Shown here in pieces: positions 1 through 35,205 of a stretch of DNA of 64,000 nucleotides. The notes beneath the pieces are model-generated. The model did not search any database. It was not told where the DNA came from and saw only the letters and a list, made by a program, of their open reading frames with translations. Each line of letters starts with the position of its first letter. The stretch's first letter is position 1. The translations under genes and the position numbers were made by a program. Origin of the DNA: Amoebidium appalachense (taxonomy: Eukaryota > Protista > Ichthyosporea); the NCBI GenBank assembly GCA_963693365.1, contig CAVNZM010000014.1, forward strand, positions 3,348,001 through 3,412,000, given 5' to 3'.

Positions 1-625
1 ACGAAAAGGCAGAAAAGATAGGAAGAGAAAAGAAAAAGGGAGTGAGATAGCGAGAGGAAGAATCAGCTTGAAAGAGGGTAGGCTGAGGACATTCAGAAGT
101 AGCGTTGGTGAATCGGGGGGGAAGAGGGATGGAGGGAGGGGGGGGAAAGAAAGCATAAAGAGGGTGACCATCAGGTATCCTAACTAAATGAAAAAAAAAA
201 CGAAGAGACGATTCCTCCATACGACAAACAGCAGACGACAATCCAAACATACTGATTAAGGGAGGCACAAACCGAGTACGAAACAAAGTGCGCAGCGCAG
301 TACCCTGAAAATCGTCGAACTCTTTCAGCACCACCGCCGCCTCGCGAGGTGGGGCGCAGGCCAATAGCGGAAGTCCATATTCGAAAGTCGGCCGTAAAAA
401 AGTTTTATAGTAGAGAATAAGGTTCGCAGGATGGATCACAGACTCCCGTTGAAACATATTTGACACGATGTAAAGTTAACCCTTCGCACGAGCGATCCGT
501 GCCGTGAGGAGCTTGCGGAAATCAGTACCCCGTGCAGTAAAAGGAATACCCAAATAGTCATAGGTGCTCTGAACAGGAATAGGAAGACCGGCCAATCGAA
601 AGGAAGCTCAACACAACCCTCCAGA
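1..625 (-). mobile_element. Degenerate non-LTR retrotransposon (LINE) fragment, C-terminal reverse transcriptase/thumb region
   Basis: A minus frame absent from the ORF track reads ASFRLAGLPIPVQSTYDYLGIPF...RIARAKG*...LILYYKTFLRPTFEYGLPLL...FQGTALRTLF. The F-x-L-x-G..IP.V..Y.YLG and LYK..RP..EYG motifs are typical of non-LTR RTs. In-frame TAA at 476-478; the 5' side ends at a C/G run at ~628. Confidence 0.8.
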
Positions 626-627
626 GC

Positions 628-658
<31 letters not shown>

Positions 659-663
659 GGCAT

Positions 664-710
<47 letters not shown>

Positions 711-1274
711 GCACACACAGAGAAAAAGGTTTAAAAATAAAATGAAAAACATACACAAAATTCGTGTTCGCACACCTGCCCCGAAGGTACCTGTGAATAT
801 ATAATTGTTCACAAATGTACATGTGTGTGTGTGTGTGTGTGTGTGTCATACATATAGTATTTCGAGTGCATTGGTACTGAGTCTAATTCTCTTCGTTGAG
901 TTGAAAAAAATTCAAAAACCTGCAGCTGCCAACATATTTTTGACTTTTAAAAAATAAAAATAAAGGGGTCCCTCAAAGGAAGTACCGTCTTGCACCATGA
1001 GTAAGCACCCACTGTTACAGTACCATAGCTAGGGTGTTAATAGTGCATTCATGACAGCCAACAGATCTAGATCAATGACATGTACTGCCGGCCCGGGATA
1101 TCGATAAATGTGGTTATGTGTACACCGAGGGGAAAAACCGTTCTGCAATAATTTTATGAATCCCTGATCACTTCATGCGCCGAATTTCTGATCGCACAGT
1201 GGCACCATTGTGGCATATGCAGCAGAGCATTCATTCACAGTGTGGTGTGCACAAAAACACACACACACGCGCGC

Positions 1275-1356
<82 letters not shown>

Positions 1357-1806
1357 GTGACACACACACACACACGTACGTATATACATATGGCTGGGTC
1401 TGATTAATTAGTACACTTTTCTTGACATATATCGTTTAAAAACCCCATGTAATATCACGTCGTATATCATAACTATTACTGTTTTTACTGTTTTGACTGT
1501 CCAGTAGGCAAGAACGGTAACATAACTGTAGCATTGAATTTCCTGCGTCACAGCACGTGCGTACCACCAACGTGCAATGCTATAAACATTGCAGTGCTAT
1601 CACGTGTTATTTCATTAACTGAATACGAACTTTTATAGGAGGGCTGTGTGGTGACTCCAAAAAACCCAGGAATCTAACTGTAATATCAATACACAGACCG
1701 ACTAAACCCACGGTCGGTGACTTAAATCTGGTCGTCTTACAGCATGAAAACCGCGCCTGCGGCCTTTATACATGATGCTGGTATAGACCCGTGGTATTGT
1801 GCAATT

Positions 1807-2999
1807 GCGCACCCAAAAATGGTCCTCAGTTGTGCATATATGATCCTACCTTTCGGCGAGAGAAGGGCCAACAAAAACTTCGACCACCAAAACGGTCCTG
1901 CAGGTGATCATATATGATCCTACCCCTCGGGGGGAGGAGGGTAAAAGAAATGCGCACCCAAAAATGGTCCTGCGGTTATGCATATATGATCCTACCCTTG
2001 GGCGAGAGAAGGGCCAACAAAAACTTCGACCACCAAAACGGTCCTGCAGGTGATCATATATGATCCTACCCCTCGGGGGGAGGAGGGTAAAAGAAATGCG
2101 CACCCAAAAATGGTCCTGCGGTTATGCATATATGATCCTACCCTTGGGCGAGAGAAGGGCCAACAAAAACACCGACAGCCAAAACGGTCCTGCAGGTGAT
2201 CATATATGATCCTACCCTTCGGGGGGAGGAGGGTAAAAAAAATTCTCACCCAAAAATGGTCCTGCGGTTGTGCATATATGATCCTACCCTTCGGCGAGAG
2301 AAGGGCCAACAAAAACGCCGACAACCAAAACGGTCCTGCAGGTGATCATATATGATTCTACCCTTCGGGGGGAGCACCCAAAAATGGTCCTGTGGTTGTG
2401 CATATACCCTTTGGCGAGAGAAGGGCCAACAAAAACACCAACAACAAAAACGGTCCTGCAGGTGATCATATATGATCCTGTCCTTCGGGGGGGGGAGGGT
2501 AAAAAAAAATGCGCACCCAAAAATGGTCCTGCGGTTGTGCATATATGATCCTACCCTTTGGCGAGAGAAGGGCCAACAAAAACACCGACAACCAAAACGG
2601 TCCTGCAGGTGATCTTATATGATCCTACCCTTCAGGGGGAGGAGGGTAAAAAAAATGCGCACCTGCGGTTGTGCATATATGATCCTACCCTTCGGCGAGA
2701 GAAGGGCCAACAAAAACACCGACCACCAAACGGTCCTGCAGGTGATCATATATGATCCTACCCTTCAGGAGGAGAAGGGTAAAAAAAAATGCGCACCCAA
2801 AAATGGTCCTGCGGTTGTGCATATATGATCCTACCCTTCGGCGAGAGAAGGACCAACAAAACCACCGACCACCAAAACAGTCCTGCAGGTAAACATATAT
2901 GATCCTAACCTTCGGGGGCAGGAGGGTAAAAAATAATGCGCACCGTAAATCGTCCTGCAGTTGATCATATATGATCATGCCCCTTTGGGGCAGGCGGGG

Positions 3000-3033
<34 letters not shown>

Positions 3034-3127
3034 CTCTTAGAAACACTCAACACCAAAATGGGGCTACAGGTGATCAGGATTGATCATATATTATCCTTAC
3101 CTCTTGGGGGGAGGGGGTGGGGGTGGG

Positions 3128-3158
<31 letters not shown>

Positions 3159-3381
3159 GGGTTCCCGAAAAAAAAGGTCTTGCAGTTGATTAAATAAATT
3201 TCTTTCTCTTTGGGGAGGAGGACCAAAAAAGATCCCGACCTCCAAAATGGCATTTGATTTTGTATGATCCTACCTTTCGGCGGGGGAAGAAAGGCAAAAT
3301 AATTTCCGACAACAAAAACGTGCCCACAGTTGATCATATATGCATGATCCTTTTCTTTATGGGGAGGGGCCCGGCAGCGGC

Positions 3382-3413
<32 letters not shown>

Positions 3414-3699
3414 ACAAAAAATCCCACTTCATAAACGGCCCTGCAGTTGATCTAAAATTATCCTACCCAGCGAGGGGAGGAGGGTAAAAAAATTTCTTGA
3501 CCCCAAAAATTTGCCCGCAGTTGATCATATGTGATTACACCCCTCCCGGGAAGGAGGGCGTAAAAACTTCTAATTCAGGCCCCAAAAATGGTCCCTTAGT
3601 GATCATATATGATCTTACCGTTTTGAGGGAGGAGGGTTGAAAAATTTTCGAGCCCAAAACGTGCCCACAGTTGATTATTTCATGAATTCTACCCTTCCG

Positions 3700-3754
<55 letters not shown>

Positions 3755-4060
3755 GGGGGGGAGGGGGGGGAGGGGGGGGGGGGGGGGGGCCAAAAAAAAA
3801 AAAAAGCCTCATACCCTTCGGGGGGAGGAGGGCAAGAAAAAAAAAAATCCAACACAAAAAACCATAGCGCAGTTAATGCGAGGCTTCAAGGATCCTTCCC
3901 TTGCAAAGAGAGGGGGTTGGGGTGGGGGCGGGGGCAGGGCCGTAAAAAAAAGTTGGGGAGGGGGGGGGGAGGGGGGGGGATTTCCGGAAAATATTGTTCC
4001 ACAGTTGATCATATATGATCCTTTTTTTATGGGGGAGGAGGGCAACAAAAATCCCGACCC
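1807..4060. repeat. Tandem satellite, ~146-bp unit built from two ~73-bp related subunits; well conserved to ~2990, degenerate and poly-G-interrupted beyond
   Basis: GCGCACCCAAAAATGGTCC recurs at 1807, 1952 and 2098. CATATATGATCCTACCC occurs twice per unit. Subunit B carries the palindrome GATCATATATGATC. Confidence 0.95.
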
Positions 4061-5249
4061 CATATTGACAGGGTCTTGTCATTGTATTTGTGATTCCAGC
4101 AAGGCCAGTGGCATAATACATTCAGGATGAATATACTATCAACCTTACTCGAGAATGTTATTAAGCTGATTATTAAATGCATGAGGATAGAAGTTAACAA
4201 GGGTTCATTCCATACAGTGCCAATAATCATATGCCTAATATATTAGCGCCATAATAGTACCGAATGTATACCAACCCGTATACGTAGCTATTAGTTGCTG
4301 TTGCATGCAAAATAATCCCCCCCCCCCCCCCCCCCCCCCCCCTCCCAACATCTAAACACAAGAAAACCTAAATACACAAACGTTACCCCCCCCCCCCCCC
4401 CCCCCCCCCCCGGCCTTCAAAAGGAAAGACTGCACAATCCGAAAATTAGTTAGCTCGAGGTTAAAGTAAAACCTCCACCAAAAGTAAACGTCCAAACTTT
4501 GAGAGCCCAGCATTGTATACGTATACCTCGTGACTGCATTCAACCCTGCCTACTGGGACATGGCATATGCATGTGTGTGGTTATAATTATATTTTGAAGG
4601 CGGAACATAACGGCTACCCCATATCTGCCACATATCTAGTAGAATCCCCCTCTCCCCACTCTTGAAATTCAAAAGCAAATCTCGCTATTCGCCTTATTCA
4701 AATTTCTCCACGATCACGTGTCAACTCATTTTCGGTGAATACACAGTCTCACGAGATAATCATATTTACAACCTGGGGAAGAAAGAGGAAGATGGAGAGC
4801 AGACAAATTTTGGGATAGAAACCAACCGAAGGTAAACAAGGCAGAGACAGAGATCTAGGGGAAAAGAGTGTCGGAGAAACAGCATGAATGAAGAGGGGAA
4901 GGATCAAGACAAACACCATGGACTTGAAGACTTAAAGAAAGCAAACAAAAGTCCACGTCATCAAAACTCAACGGCTGGGGGGAGAAGGACCTCCCCTTTC
5001 TCAAAAAAAAAAAAAAAAAGCCCCCTACTGGGCTCAACGCAAAACACCATGCACTACTAGAAGGCCTTAAGAAAGCAAAAACGTCTTTAAGAAACAAAAA
5101 GATTATGTCCATTCATCACAAACTCCAACGGCGCCCCGGGGGCCAACCTCCTCCCAAAAACGAACCCCGATTGGCCGTACAATATCACGCATATCGCTGA
5201 CCAATTATTCAAATGGCAGTGGTGCAGACAGTGAATTTTTTTTCTTGCA

Positions 5250-12290
<7,041 letters not shown>

Positions 12291-12349
12291 CACACCTACG
12301 ATTCTAGATCTACCCACACATGCACATGCACAAACACATGTACACACAT

Positions 12350-12419
<70 letters not shown>

Positions 12420-13051
12420 CACACACAAAACACGTCATGCTTCCAAAACACGAGCACCAAAAAACGTGTGGCATATCATGCAGATAGTTGATATTACAAC
12501 TTGGCACATACAGTTCACCGGGTATTTACAGCTTTACACTGTTATAAAAAATCAGGGTTAAAAAGAAAGGTGGGACTACCTTAACAATGATAAATAATAA
12601 CAAAAAACTTGAAACTTCAGTAAACTTAAGTTTCGGGGTGACAACTATAGTATAAGGGGCGCTTGGCCATGGTTAAAGAAGTCGATTGGGTCACACTACT
12701 ACTCTAGTCGTAAACACGGAGGAGAGGTTTTTCAAGCTATACAACGTAATATGCCATGAAAGTCGTGTATGACAGCGTGGGACGCTGTACCATGAATCTG
12801 TCAGTTACAAAGTAAAACCATCATCATTGGCAGTCCTGTAAAAATTATACTAATAAAAGAAGGGTTGGGGGGCAGGGAAAAAGACACAGGCCTCCCAAAG
12901 TTACTGACAATAAAGGCAGGTTGCGCTACATAGTACTTGTCAGCAAATACCGTGAAAATATCAAAATAAACAACTTGTGCGGCCGTTCACCTGTGTCTAT
13001 CAAGAGAAAAAAGATCTGCATAATGAGATGTCATAAACGTAGCATGAGATC

Positions 13052-13453
13052 TCACGGGAACATCATCTTGTTGATGGCAACACATTCGTTGCAGTACACA
13101 TGGCCATCACGTGCCCGTGTCAGCTTGATACCCTTGACAGCCTCCGTATCAGCGCAGATATGGCAGAAGGAAGACTTGTCAGTTGCTTGGCTTGTCCTCC
13201 CCATGAAAGCAGCATGTTCATCACGGTTTACCAGCGCATTTCCAGCTTTGGCTCCGACAGGAACACCTTTCATTTTTTTTAACGCTGTGTTATCTTCCGT
13301 GCAGACTTTCTTGTGAACTTTCCAGTGAGATTTTTGGCAATCGACGTTGCAGTAACGGGCGGTGCGGCAGCGAGAGCACACTTGAAGTCGAGTTTGAGTG
13401 TCGCTCGTAGTTTCACAGTAGGTGCACTGCGATGGGGAAGGTGTCTTAATCAT
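13052..13453 (-). CDS. MYND-type zinc finger protein with a second C4 (CxxC...CxxC) motif
   Basis: CTYC...CSRCRTARYCNVDCQKSHWKVHKKVC is a canonical MYND motif; CHIC...CNEC near the C-terminus. The stop overlaps a possible donor (CC|GTGAG), so the gene may be spliced onward. Confidence 0.85.
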   Translation of the reverse strand: MIKTPSPSQCTYCETTSDTQTRLQVCSRCRTARYCNVDCQKSHWKVHKKVCTEDNTALKKMKGVPVGAKAGNALVNRDEHAAFMGRTSQATDKSSFCHICADTEAVKGIKLTRARDGHVYCNECVAINKMMFP

Positions 13454-13659
13454 TTTGAACTAGTGACTTTTTATACTGTGATGAGAAGGTTGTCTAGGTT
13501 GTTGTCTGTACAGCCAAGCAACTATATAAGCTGAAGTGACTCTGTATACAGGTGCAGGGAGAAACTCAGGTTGGCAGTGGTACATCAGTAGGTTTCTGAA
13601 AGAAAAAAGCTGGTGACTGGACTTTGAAGCTTCAAGTTTTCATAGAAAAAGCTTTCATA

Positions 13660-13800
13660 ATTTCCGCCAAACTCCCGCCACTTTGTTTTGGCGCCAGAAT
13701 TCAACCAATTGCAGCTTTACAATAAAGCATGTAAAGTCATACATTACTCTTTTCAGTGACAACGTAACCAATCAACCGCTGAGAAAGCAATATGGCGCCT
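13660..13800. promoter_or_regulatory. Probable divergent promoter region between the MYND and CCCH-SAM genes
   Basis: Microsatellite-free interval with CCAAT boxes (~13705, ~13769), E2F-like TTTTGGCGCC/TTTCCGCCAAA and YY1-like AATATGGCG. Motif resemblance only. Confidence 0.35.
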
Positions 13801-14549
13801 GAGGTGTGTGTACAGCTGGGGCAGCATTAAAAGCCGGTAAATTTAAGATACACAGGTGTAAATATCATTTAAGAGTTATTATCAATAATAATATATTTTT
13901 GAATAATTTATATTACTTAGCTTTTTCATCAGTTTCTTTATTTCTGTTAATGTCGTGTGGTGTTCACTCCTGTTCACTCGCTGCCTGATTCGGCATATCT
14001 TCTTACACCAATAGAAATAGCGTTTCAAAACGATGTCTCACCGGTGTCGCATGTTGGTTTGGAGCAAGCACCGCGCAGGCGCGCTTGCATTACGCAATCA
14101 AACAGAGGTCGCGCCAAGCCTTGCCAAATACAAAAAACACTTCTCGTTTTCCCTCTTGTACACAAACAGAACACATGCAGTCAAATCTCTCTTGCGGAAA
14201 CTAGGAGATTGGGCACTATATATTCTTGGTGTTGAGCGGGGCCCCCGTTTGGGGTTTACTTCTTTTCCAACCCAGTCTCACAAACATTGGGGGGGCCCGG
14301 ATTTCTGTATTTCACATGGTGCACGTGTCACCTTTTGCTCTTTCGTATATTTATAGTTTTTGACAGCACCGTTGCCCGTGCTCTTGGTTTCTTCGGTTGC
14401 CACACTTTTTTTATTTAAGGCGCCTTAAACGCAGCGTGCTAGGAAATCCTTCGTGTTTCAAGGATTGTTCTTCAAGGGTTTGCTTCAGATTCGTTCTGGA
14501 TTTGTGCTTGATCGCTGGTTTGGCAAGCAGCATCAAGGAAGTCAAGAGG

Positions 14550-22988
<8,439 letters not shown>

Positions 22989-23697
22989 GTGGCCACAACC
23001 CCCCTGGATCGTGTGGGCTTGAGTACATCGACCGATTGACGTGGATTCGGCTGGGTGTCCCCCCGAAAATTCAAATACGAACCCCCCCCCATTTCTCAGA
23101 GTCTATCAGTGATAGCCAGAGGGGAATAATGCCTTGTTCGTGTTCTCTCTCATCATTTTGTTTATATAACCCCGACTTTTTCTCTCCTTTACAAGTTTTT
23201 ACCCACACACGCGATGCCCTTACAACGACACGACTAGTCGACGATTTCGGACTCGTTTTTCGTTTGGGGAATTAAGGTTTATATCCGCTTTTTTCTTTCC
23301 TCCCTGCAGGTGTGTATTTGAATACGGCAGGTGGATATATAACGGAATATCCCTGTTCATCATTCTGTTTGTCGTGTGTCGTTTTTCTGCCAAAGTGTGT
23401 TGTTGTTTCTGTTGGAAGTATCTATTGGACAGATGTTTTCGGGTACCATGTTACGCTACCAAGATGGGCCACTGAAATGATGTTGGGTCCCACGGCAACG
23501 GCTGGTCTGTTGTTTCTATTCATACATTTTGCTTCTATAAATAAAGTGTTGGTTGGTTCGAGCTCTTGAGGAACTTGACACGGATTGGTGCGCTTGCACC
23601 AAGATGCATGTATGTGCAGGACATATGATGTGTCGCTGTTGTGCTGACCCGGTGTATGTATGCGTGGACTTGACGTGTGTGTGTGTGTGTGTGTGCG

Positions 23698-23767
<70 letters not shown>

Positions 23768-24115
23768 GTGTGTACATGTGTGTGTGTATGTTGTAGATGG
23801 GGAAGTAGATGACGGGGAGTGGTAGTTTTAATAATAATACTCGGGCTTGTATACCATGTATTTATAGTTAGGTAAATGTATAAACCGTGTACAGGCAGTG
23901 TGAATAGAACCAGTGAGCTTACAAGGGTGCTCTGCCAACGTTAGTTACACCAAAATGAACGGTGACCTAAGGAGCGCATCACCACTCGTTCATTAGCTAA
24001 GCGTTGGTCTAGAATGTAGAAATACACACTAGCGGACTTAGTCCCTGCCTTAGGCGTCCCAAGTAGCTATATGCGAACTGGTTCGAGCCGGTGTATGGCT
24101 ATATGTGTGCGTGTG

Positions 24116-24178
<63 letters not shown>

Positions 24179-24292
24179 GCGTGTGTACATGTGTGTGTGT
24201 GCGTGTGTACATGTGTGTGTGTGCATGTGTGTGTGCGTGTGTGTGCGTGTGTGTGTGCGTGTGTGTGCGTGTGTGTGCGCGCGCGCACGCGC

Positions 24293-24325
<33 letters not shown>

Positions 24326-24349
24326 TGTGTCTGTGTGTGTGGATCGTGC

Positions 24350-24393
<44 letters not shown>

Positions 24394-24400
24394 ATCGTGC

Positions 24401-24434
<34 letters not shown>

Positions 24435-24663
24435 ATCGTGCAACTGTGTGTGTCCGCCCTCACTCGCGTGTTGGTGTGAGATTGCCGAGCCGTGATCACG
24501 TATACCCTGACAAACACACACGCACATGACACACACACAGTCAGTGTATGGATTTCGGGATATTTGGGCTCGTTATGATGTGCAGTGAACTGTGATTGCG
24601 CAAACAATAGCCTGCAAGCCTTGGTGCTGGTGGCCATGGGTTGGTGCGGTGGCGGCGGCAGAA

Positions 24664-24710
<47 letters not shown>

Positions 24711-24819
24711 AAATGAGGTAGTAGGCTTTTTAGGTGTACCCAGCACTAGGCATCGATTGCAATTGCCAAACATATATTGGATTTAATTATAAGGAGGCTA
24801 CAGGATGAGAAGGGGATTG

Positions 24820-24854
<35 letters not shown>

Positions 24855-25698
24855 ACGGTGTGTGCGTGTCTGTGTGTACCGGTGCACACGTGTGTGAGTT
24901 GGGGTGGGGGGTCTAGAGGGTCACGTGCAGCTGTGCACCAACCCCTTGAACTCAGCACTTATGATCATGTATAAATGCAGAACTATTTTATATAAACTAA
25001 GTGAACTTGAAATATCGAGTACAAGTGCTAAACTTATATCAGGTTTGTAATCAGATGGGATTATTCATACAGATTCCCGGGGTTATTCACCCCGTGGTAC
25101 ACCCGAATACATGATATGCATCTAGACACGGAAGATAAGTACATTTCGGGAGGCTGCATAAAACACCCTTGCACTAATTTAGTAAGGGTTGTTTGGTGAA
25201 TCTGGTGACATTTGTCATTCATAGAGCGAAAGTACCGATTGTTATTAGATTAAAAAGAAATTCTGAAATTGATCTGGTTTGCGTAAGCGGGTAGTACTGC
25301 GTCTCTCTCTCTCTGTGTGTGTGTGTAATGTGAGTGTGTGTCCGTGAACGAACGTGTTTGTGCATGCCTCTGTGTGTGTGTGTATGTGTGCGTGTGTGTG
25401 TACGTATGTCCGTGTATGTGTGTACATGTGTGTGTATTTGTGTGTGCTTGTGTGCGCGTGTGTGTGCACGTGCCCGTGTCGTTGTGTACGTATGTTTGTT
25501 GCTAGACTGTGCGGAAGGATGAAATCGGGTACACAAATCCCTTGCTACCAGTCACCTCACCCAACCACCGGCTATAATAATATGATCGCCAGCGGATAAT
25601 CATAAAAACCAAAAGGAAAAACCAGAAAAAGTCCTTAAAAAACGACTCAAAAAAATAGTAAGCCTCGAAACCGGTGACACCAACATTAGCAGAACAAC

Positions 25699-32339
<6,641 letters not shown>

Positions 32340-32859
32340 GTTTTCTGTTTGCTCCAATAAGATTACAGTGGATTGGTTGAAAGCTTTCAGGTTTGAGAAG
32401 GGAAGAAAAGGATGCTAAAAAAGAGCCGGCACGCTTGCTGCTCATTCACATAGAGCTCACGTTGTCCGCGCCTCGCGTGGTCACTAACCGTTATAACACT
32501 TGAAACCCAAAGTAAAAACCACAATTTGGTTTTTCTTCGAATTCTGCGCATGCAGGGCGCCAGCTCGCTCTCGCTCGCTCCGTGAGCCGGATAACGGTCG
32601 CATGGCGGAAATATTTACCCCTACTCACACAGTTTCCACCAATCCACGTGACTGAATATATTCTAAATGTTTTTTTTGGGAAACCTCGGGGTATGGCAAC
32701 CAGACAACATGTAGAGTGACTGGACTGGCTGGTGTCCACAGTTTCCACTTGCACCGTGAGGTAAAACTATGACAGTGCTTGGAGGTGCATTGATAGTTAT
32801 GTATGCACATGTTCTTTGCTTATAAGGCCTCGCCTTGCCTGCAAAAAACCAGCTTGAAA

Positions 32860-34184
32860 ATGGCACCCAAAACAAGGCGGGGTAAGGCAAGTGATGAAGT
32901 TAGCGACACACCCTCTATTCAGTGGTTAGCTGACGAGACTCTGATTCAAATCTTTTCGCTACTCCCTCTGGAGGACCGCCTCGCGAGCTCTCTTGTTTGT
33001 GAAAAATGGTGCGTTCTTAAACGGAAACCACTCTGCCAAGACGTCTTCGTTAAGGCCCGCCCTGACATGGCGTGGGCTCAAGTGATGCGATGGTTGAGAG
33101 CGTGGGGGAAAACGATCACCATCTCTGGAATTACGGTTGAAACATGAGTTCTTTCGAGAAACGCAAACGAACTTCGAGGAGCTCGCTGAGATGTGTCCAA
33201 ACCTCCGGAATTATCCATCACGGTGTTGCCAATAAGAAAATCCGCGAGGTTAACGTGTCGTCTGTCATCTCCTGTGCCGGTTTGACATCGTTCATTGTTC
33301 GCGCCTACAAAACGCCTGTTTACGGTCTTGAAACTCTGCACCGCCAACCGAATCTCCGCACGTTCGACTTGGTGAGCGTCCAAGAGGCCGTGGGCGAATT
33401 GCCGAAACTTAACACATGCACCGCGCTGGAAAATTTGTCGATCGCCTTTTCGGGCATGTTCCCTGTATACGATAATGTGCTGGGCTGCCTTGAGCCCCTA
33501 ACCACACTCACAAGGCTTACTTCTCTGACCTGCTTAGACGACGAATTTGCACTCACGGATACAAGCGCTTGGCCGCTCGTTGAACTGACCATCATGAGTG
33601 GGTGTGGTGAACTGGCTGCCCAACATGTCGAGACTGCGCAAACTGAGGTTTCGTGACGGGATGAGTGATGACCAAGAAGCCGATGTGTTGTCCGTCGGCA
33701 GACGCACGCAGCTGATGTCTTTTGAGTGCGCGAACCTGGCGCGCATTAGAACGATTGACCCGTTTGCACATTGTGTTGATTGGTCAATCTCACGCTTTCT
33801 GATTGTAAGATTTTGGAGGATGTGTCGGCGCTGAGACACTTGACGAAGTTGACCGTTTTGAAACTGGAGGGGGCTCGGCGCCTCCGGGAGATTTCTTCCG
33901 TCTCGCGCTGTGTTTCGTTGAGGGAGTCTGTGCTGTCTGGAGCAGGAGGCAATTGGGGTGCGGTGTCGTTGGAGCCATTGAGTGCATGTTCTAAGCTTGA
34001 CACTCTCGAAGTGGATGATTGCAGGGTGGTTGGGTTGAAGTCGCTCTGCGCACTTGCAAAATTGAGTGATGTGCGTGTCAACAGAGCAAAACGACGGGAT
34101 CTGGATGCCAGTGATGGGAACCCGCTCGTTGGGGCAGTGAAAGGGCACGGTGGAATTATTGAGGTGAATGAAAAATGCTGTTAG
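32860..34184 (+). CDS. Intronless F-box/leucine-rich-repeat protein, frame broken by ~5 single-base indels (sequencing errors or young pseudogene)
   Basis: F-box LADETLIQIFSLLPLEDRLASSLVCEKW. LRRs across frames: LAEMCPNLR, LNTCTALENLSI, LSDCKILEDVSALRHLTKLTVLKL, LSACSKLDTLEV. Shifts at ~33120, ~33208, ~33219, ~33600 and ~33780. Confidence 0.85.
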
Positions 34185-34957
34185 TGGTGGGTTGGCTGCA
34201 TAGGATATCCGGGAATAGTTGCCACTACTTATATTTACAGATGTCGTCATGTGAGTATGTGCATCAACCTACAGCTGGAAATCAGTGTGGTACATATGAT
34301 AGAATATTTAAGTATGGATGTACATCTACAGTATATATCTACATATACAACATGTGTAGTTATATTTGCAAAGCATTGTTTTGGCACTTGGAACATATGA
34401 CCCGCGTTCGGTGAATGTGTGTGTGTGGGCGTGGTCGAAGGTGAGAGTACAAGTAGTGTATAATTGCGAACACATCGTTACCAATCCTAGCTGCTAGTAC
34501 ACACTTAGCTGCGGGGTTTGCACCCCAGCCTCGCCGGTGGAGGGGGCACCAGCTCCCCCCTCCATACTCAGATACCGTTACGAATACAATTTAACCATGT
34601 ACTCCCATTGGTTCTACTACGGTAGTGGAACGATACCGTCAATGATGTGCATGTATGTCAATGCATTGTTCAGGTGTACATGTGTGTGTACATGCATAGT
34701 TGAGAGCAAATGTGTCTATGTACCTACGTGTTCGAGGATCCCTGTAGCATGAGTTATGATTTATCTTTGCTAACTTATTTTAAATGTGTTCTGTGTAGCT
34801 CAGTTTCATGAACATATATGAGCTACTCTGTAGCTGTGTAGGCGTGTTAATATGATGTCTGGGCTACTAATCATTCACCGTAGTCCTGCGCAGCTGCAGC
34901 GCTGCTAGCATGCAATATTGCAAACCAACCAAACCAAAAGTTTTTGGGGGTGGGTGG

Positions 34958-34988
<31 letters not shown>

Positions 34989-35156
34989 GGGAAGGGGGGG
35001 GGGGAAAGGGAGGGAGCGGGAGAGAGAGAGGGGGGGGGGGGTAGAGAGGAGGGAGGAAGAGAGGGGCGAGCCTCGGTGGAGGGGGGGGGGGAGGGAGATA
35101 TTGGGGAGGGGGGGGGGGGGAGTGTGTGAGAGTGTGTGAGAGAGAGAGAGAGAAAG

Positions 35157-35205
<49 letters not shown>

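Noticed and set aside
436-561. Apparent secreted peptide MTIWVFLLLHG...
   Set aside because: It is an alternative frame of the LINE RT relic.
983-1010. TACCGT...AGTAAGCACCC resembling a Tc1/pogo-type MITE end; also piggyBac-like AGGGTTAA at ~10797 and ~12554
   Set aside because: No matching opposite ends or TSDs were found.
1807-2990. CRISPR-like array or repetitive protein
   Set aside because: Intervening segments are themselves repeated (no unique spacers), there are no cas genes, and the 146-bp unit is not a multiple of 3.
24330-24450. Three GGATCGTGCAAC units within (GT)n, and a duplicated GGTTGCGAGAC block at 21213-21360
   Set aside because: Explained by slippage or unequal exchange inside microsatellites; no independent structure.
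34510-34565. Two adjacent GC-rich hairpins (Helitron end or terminator-like)
   Set aside because: No CTRR terminus at the expected distance and no second copy in the window.
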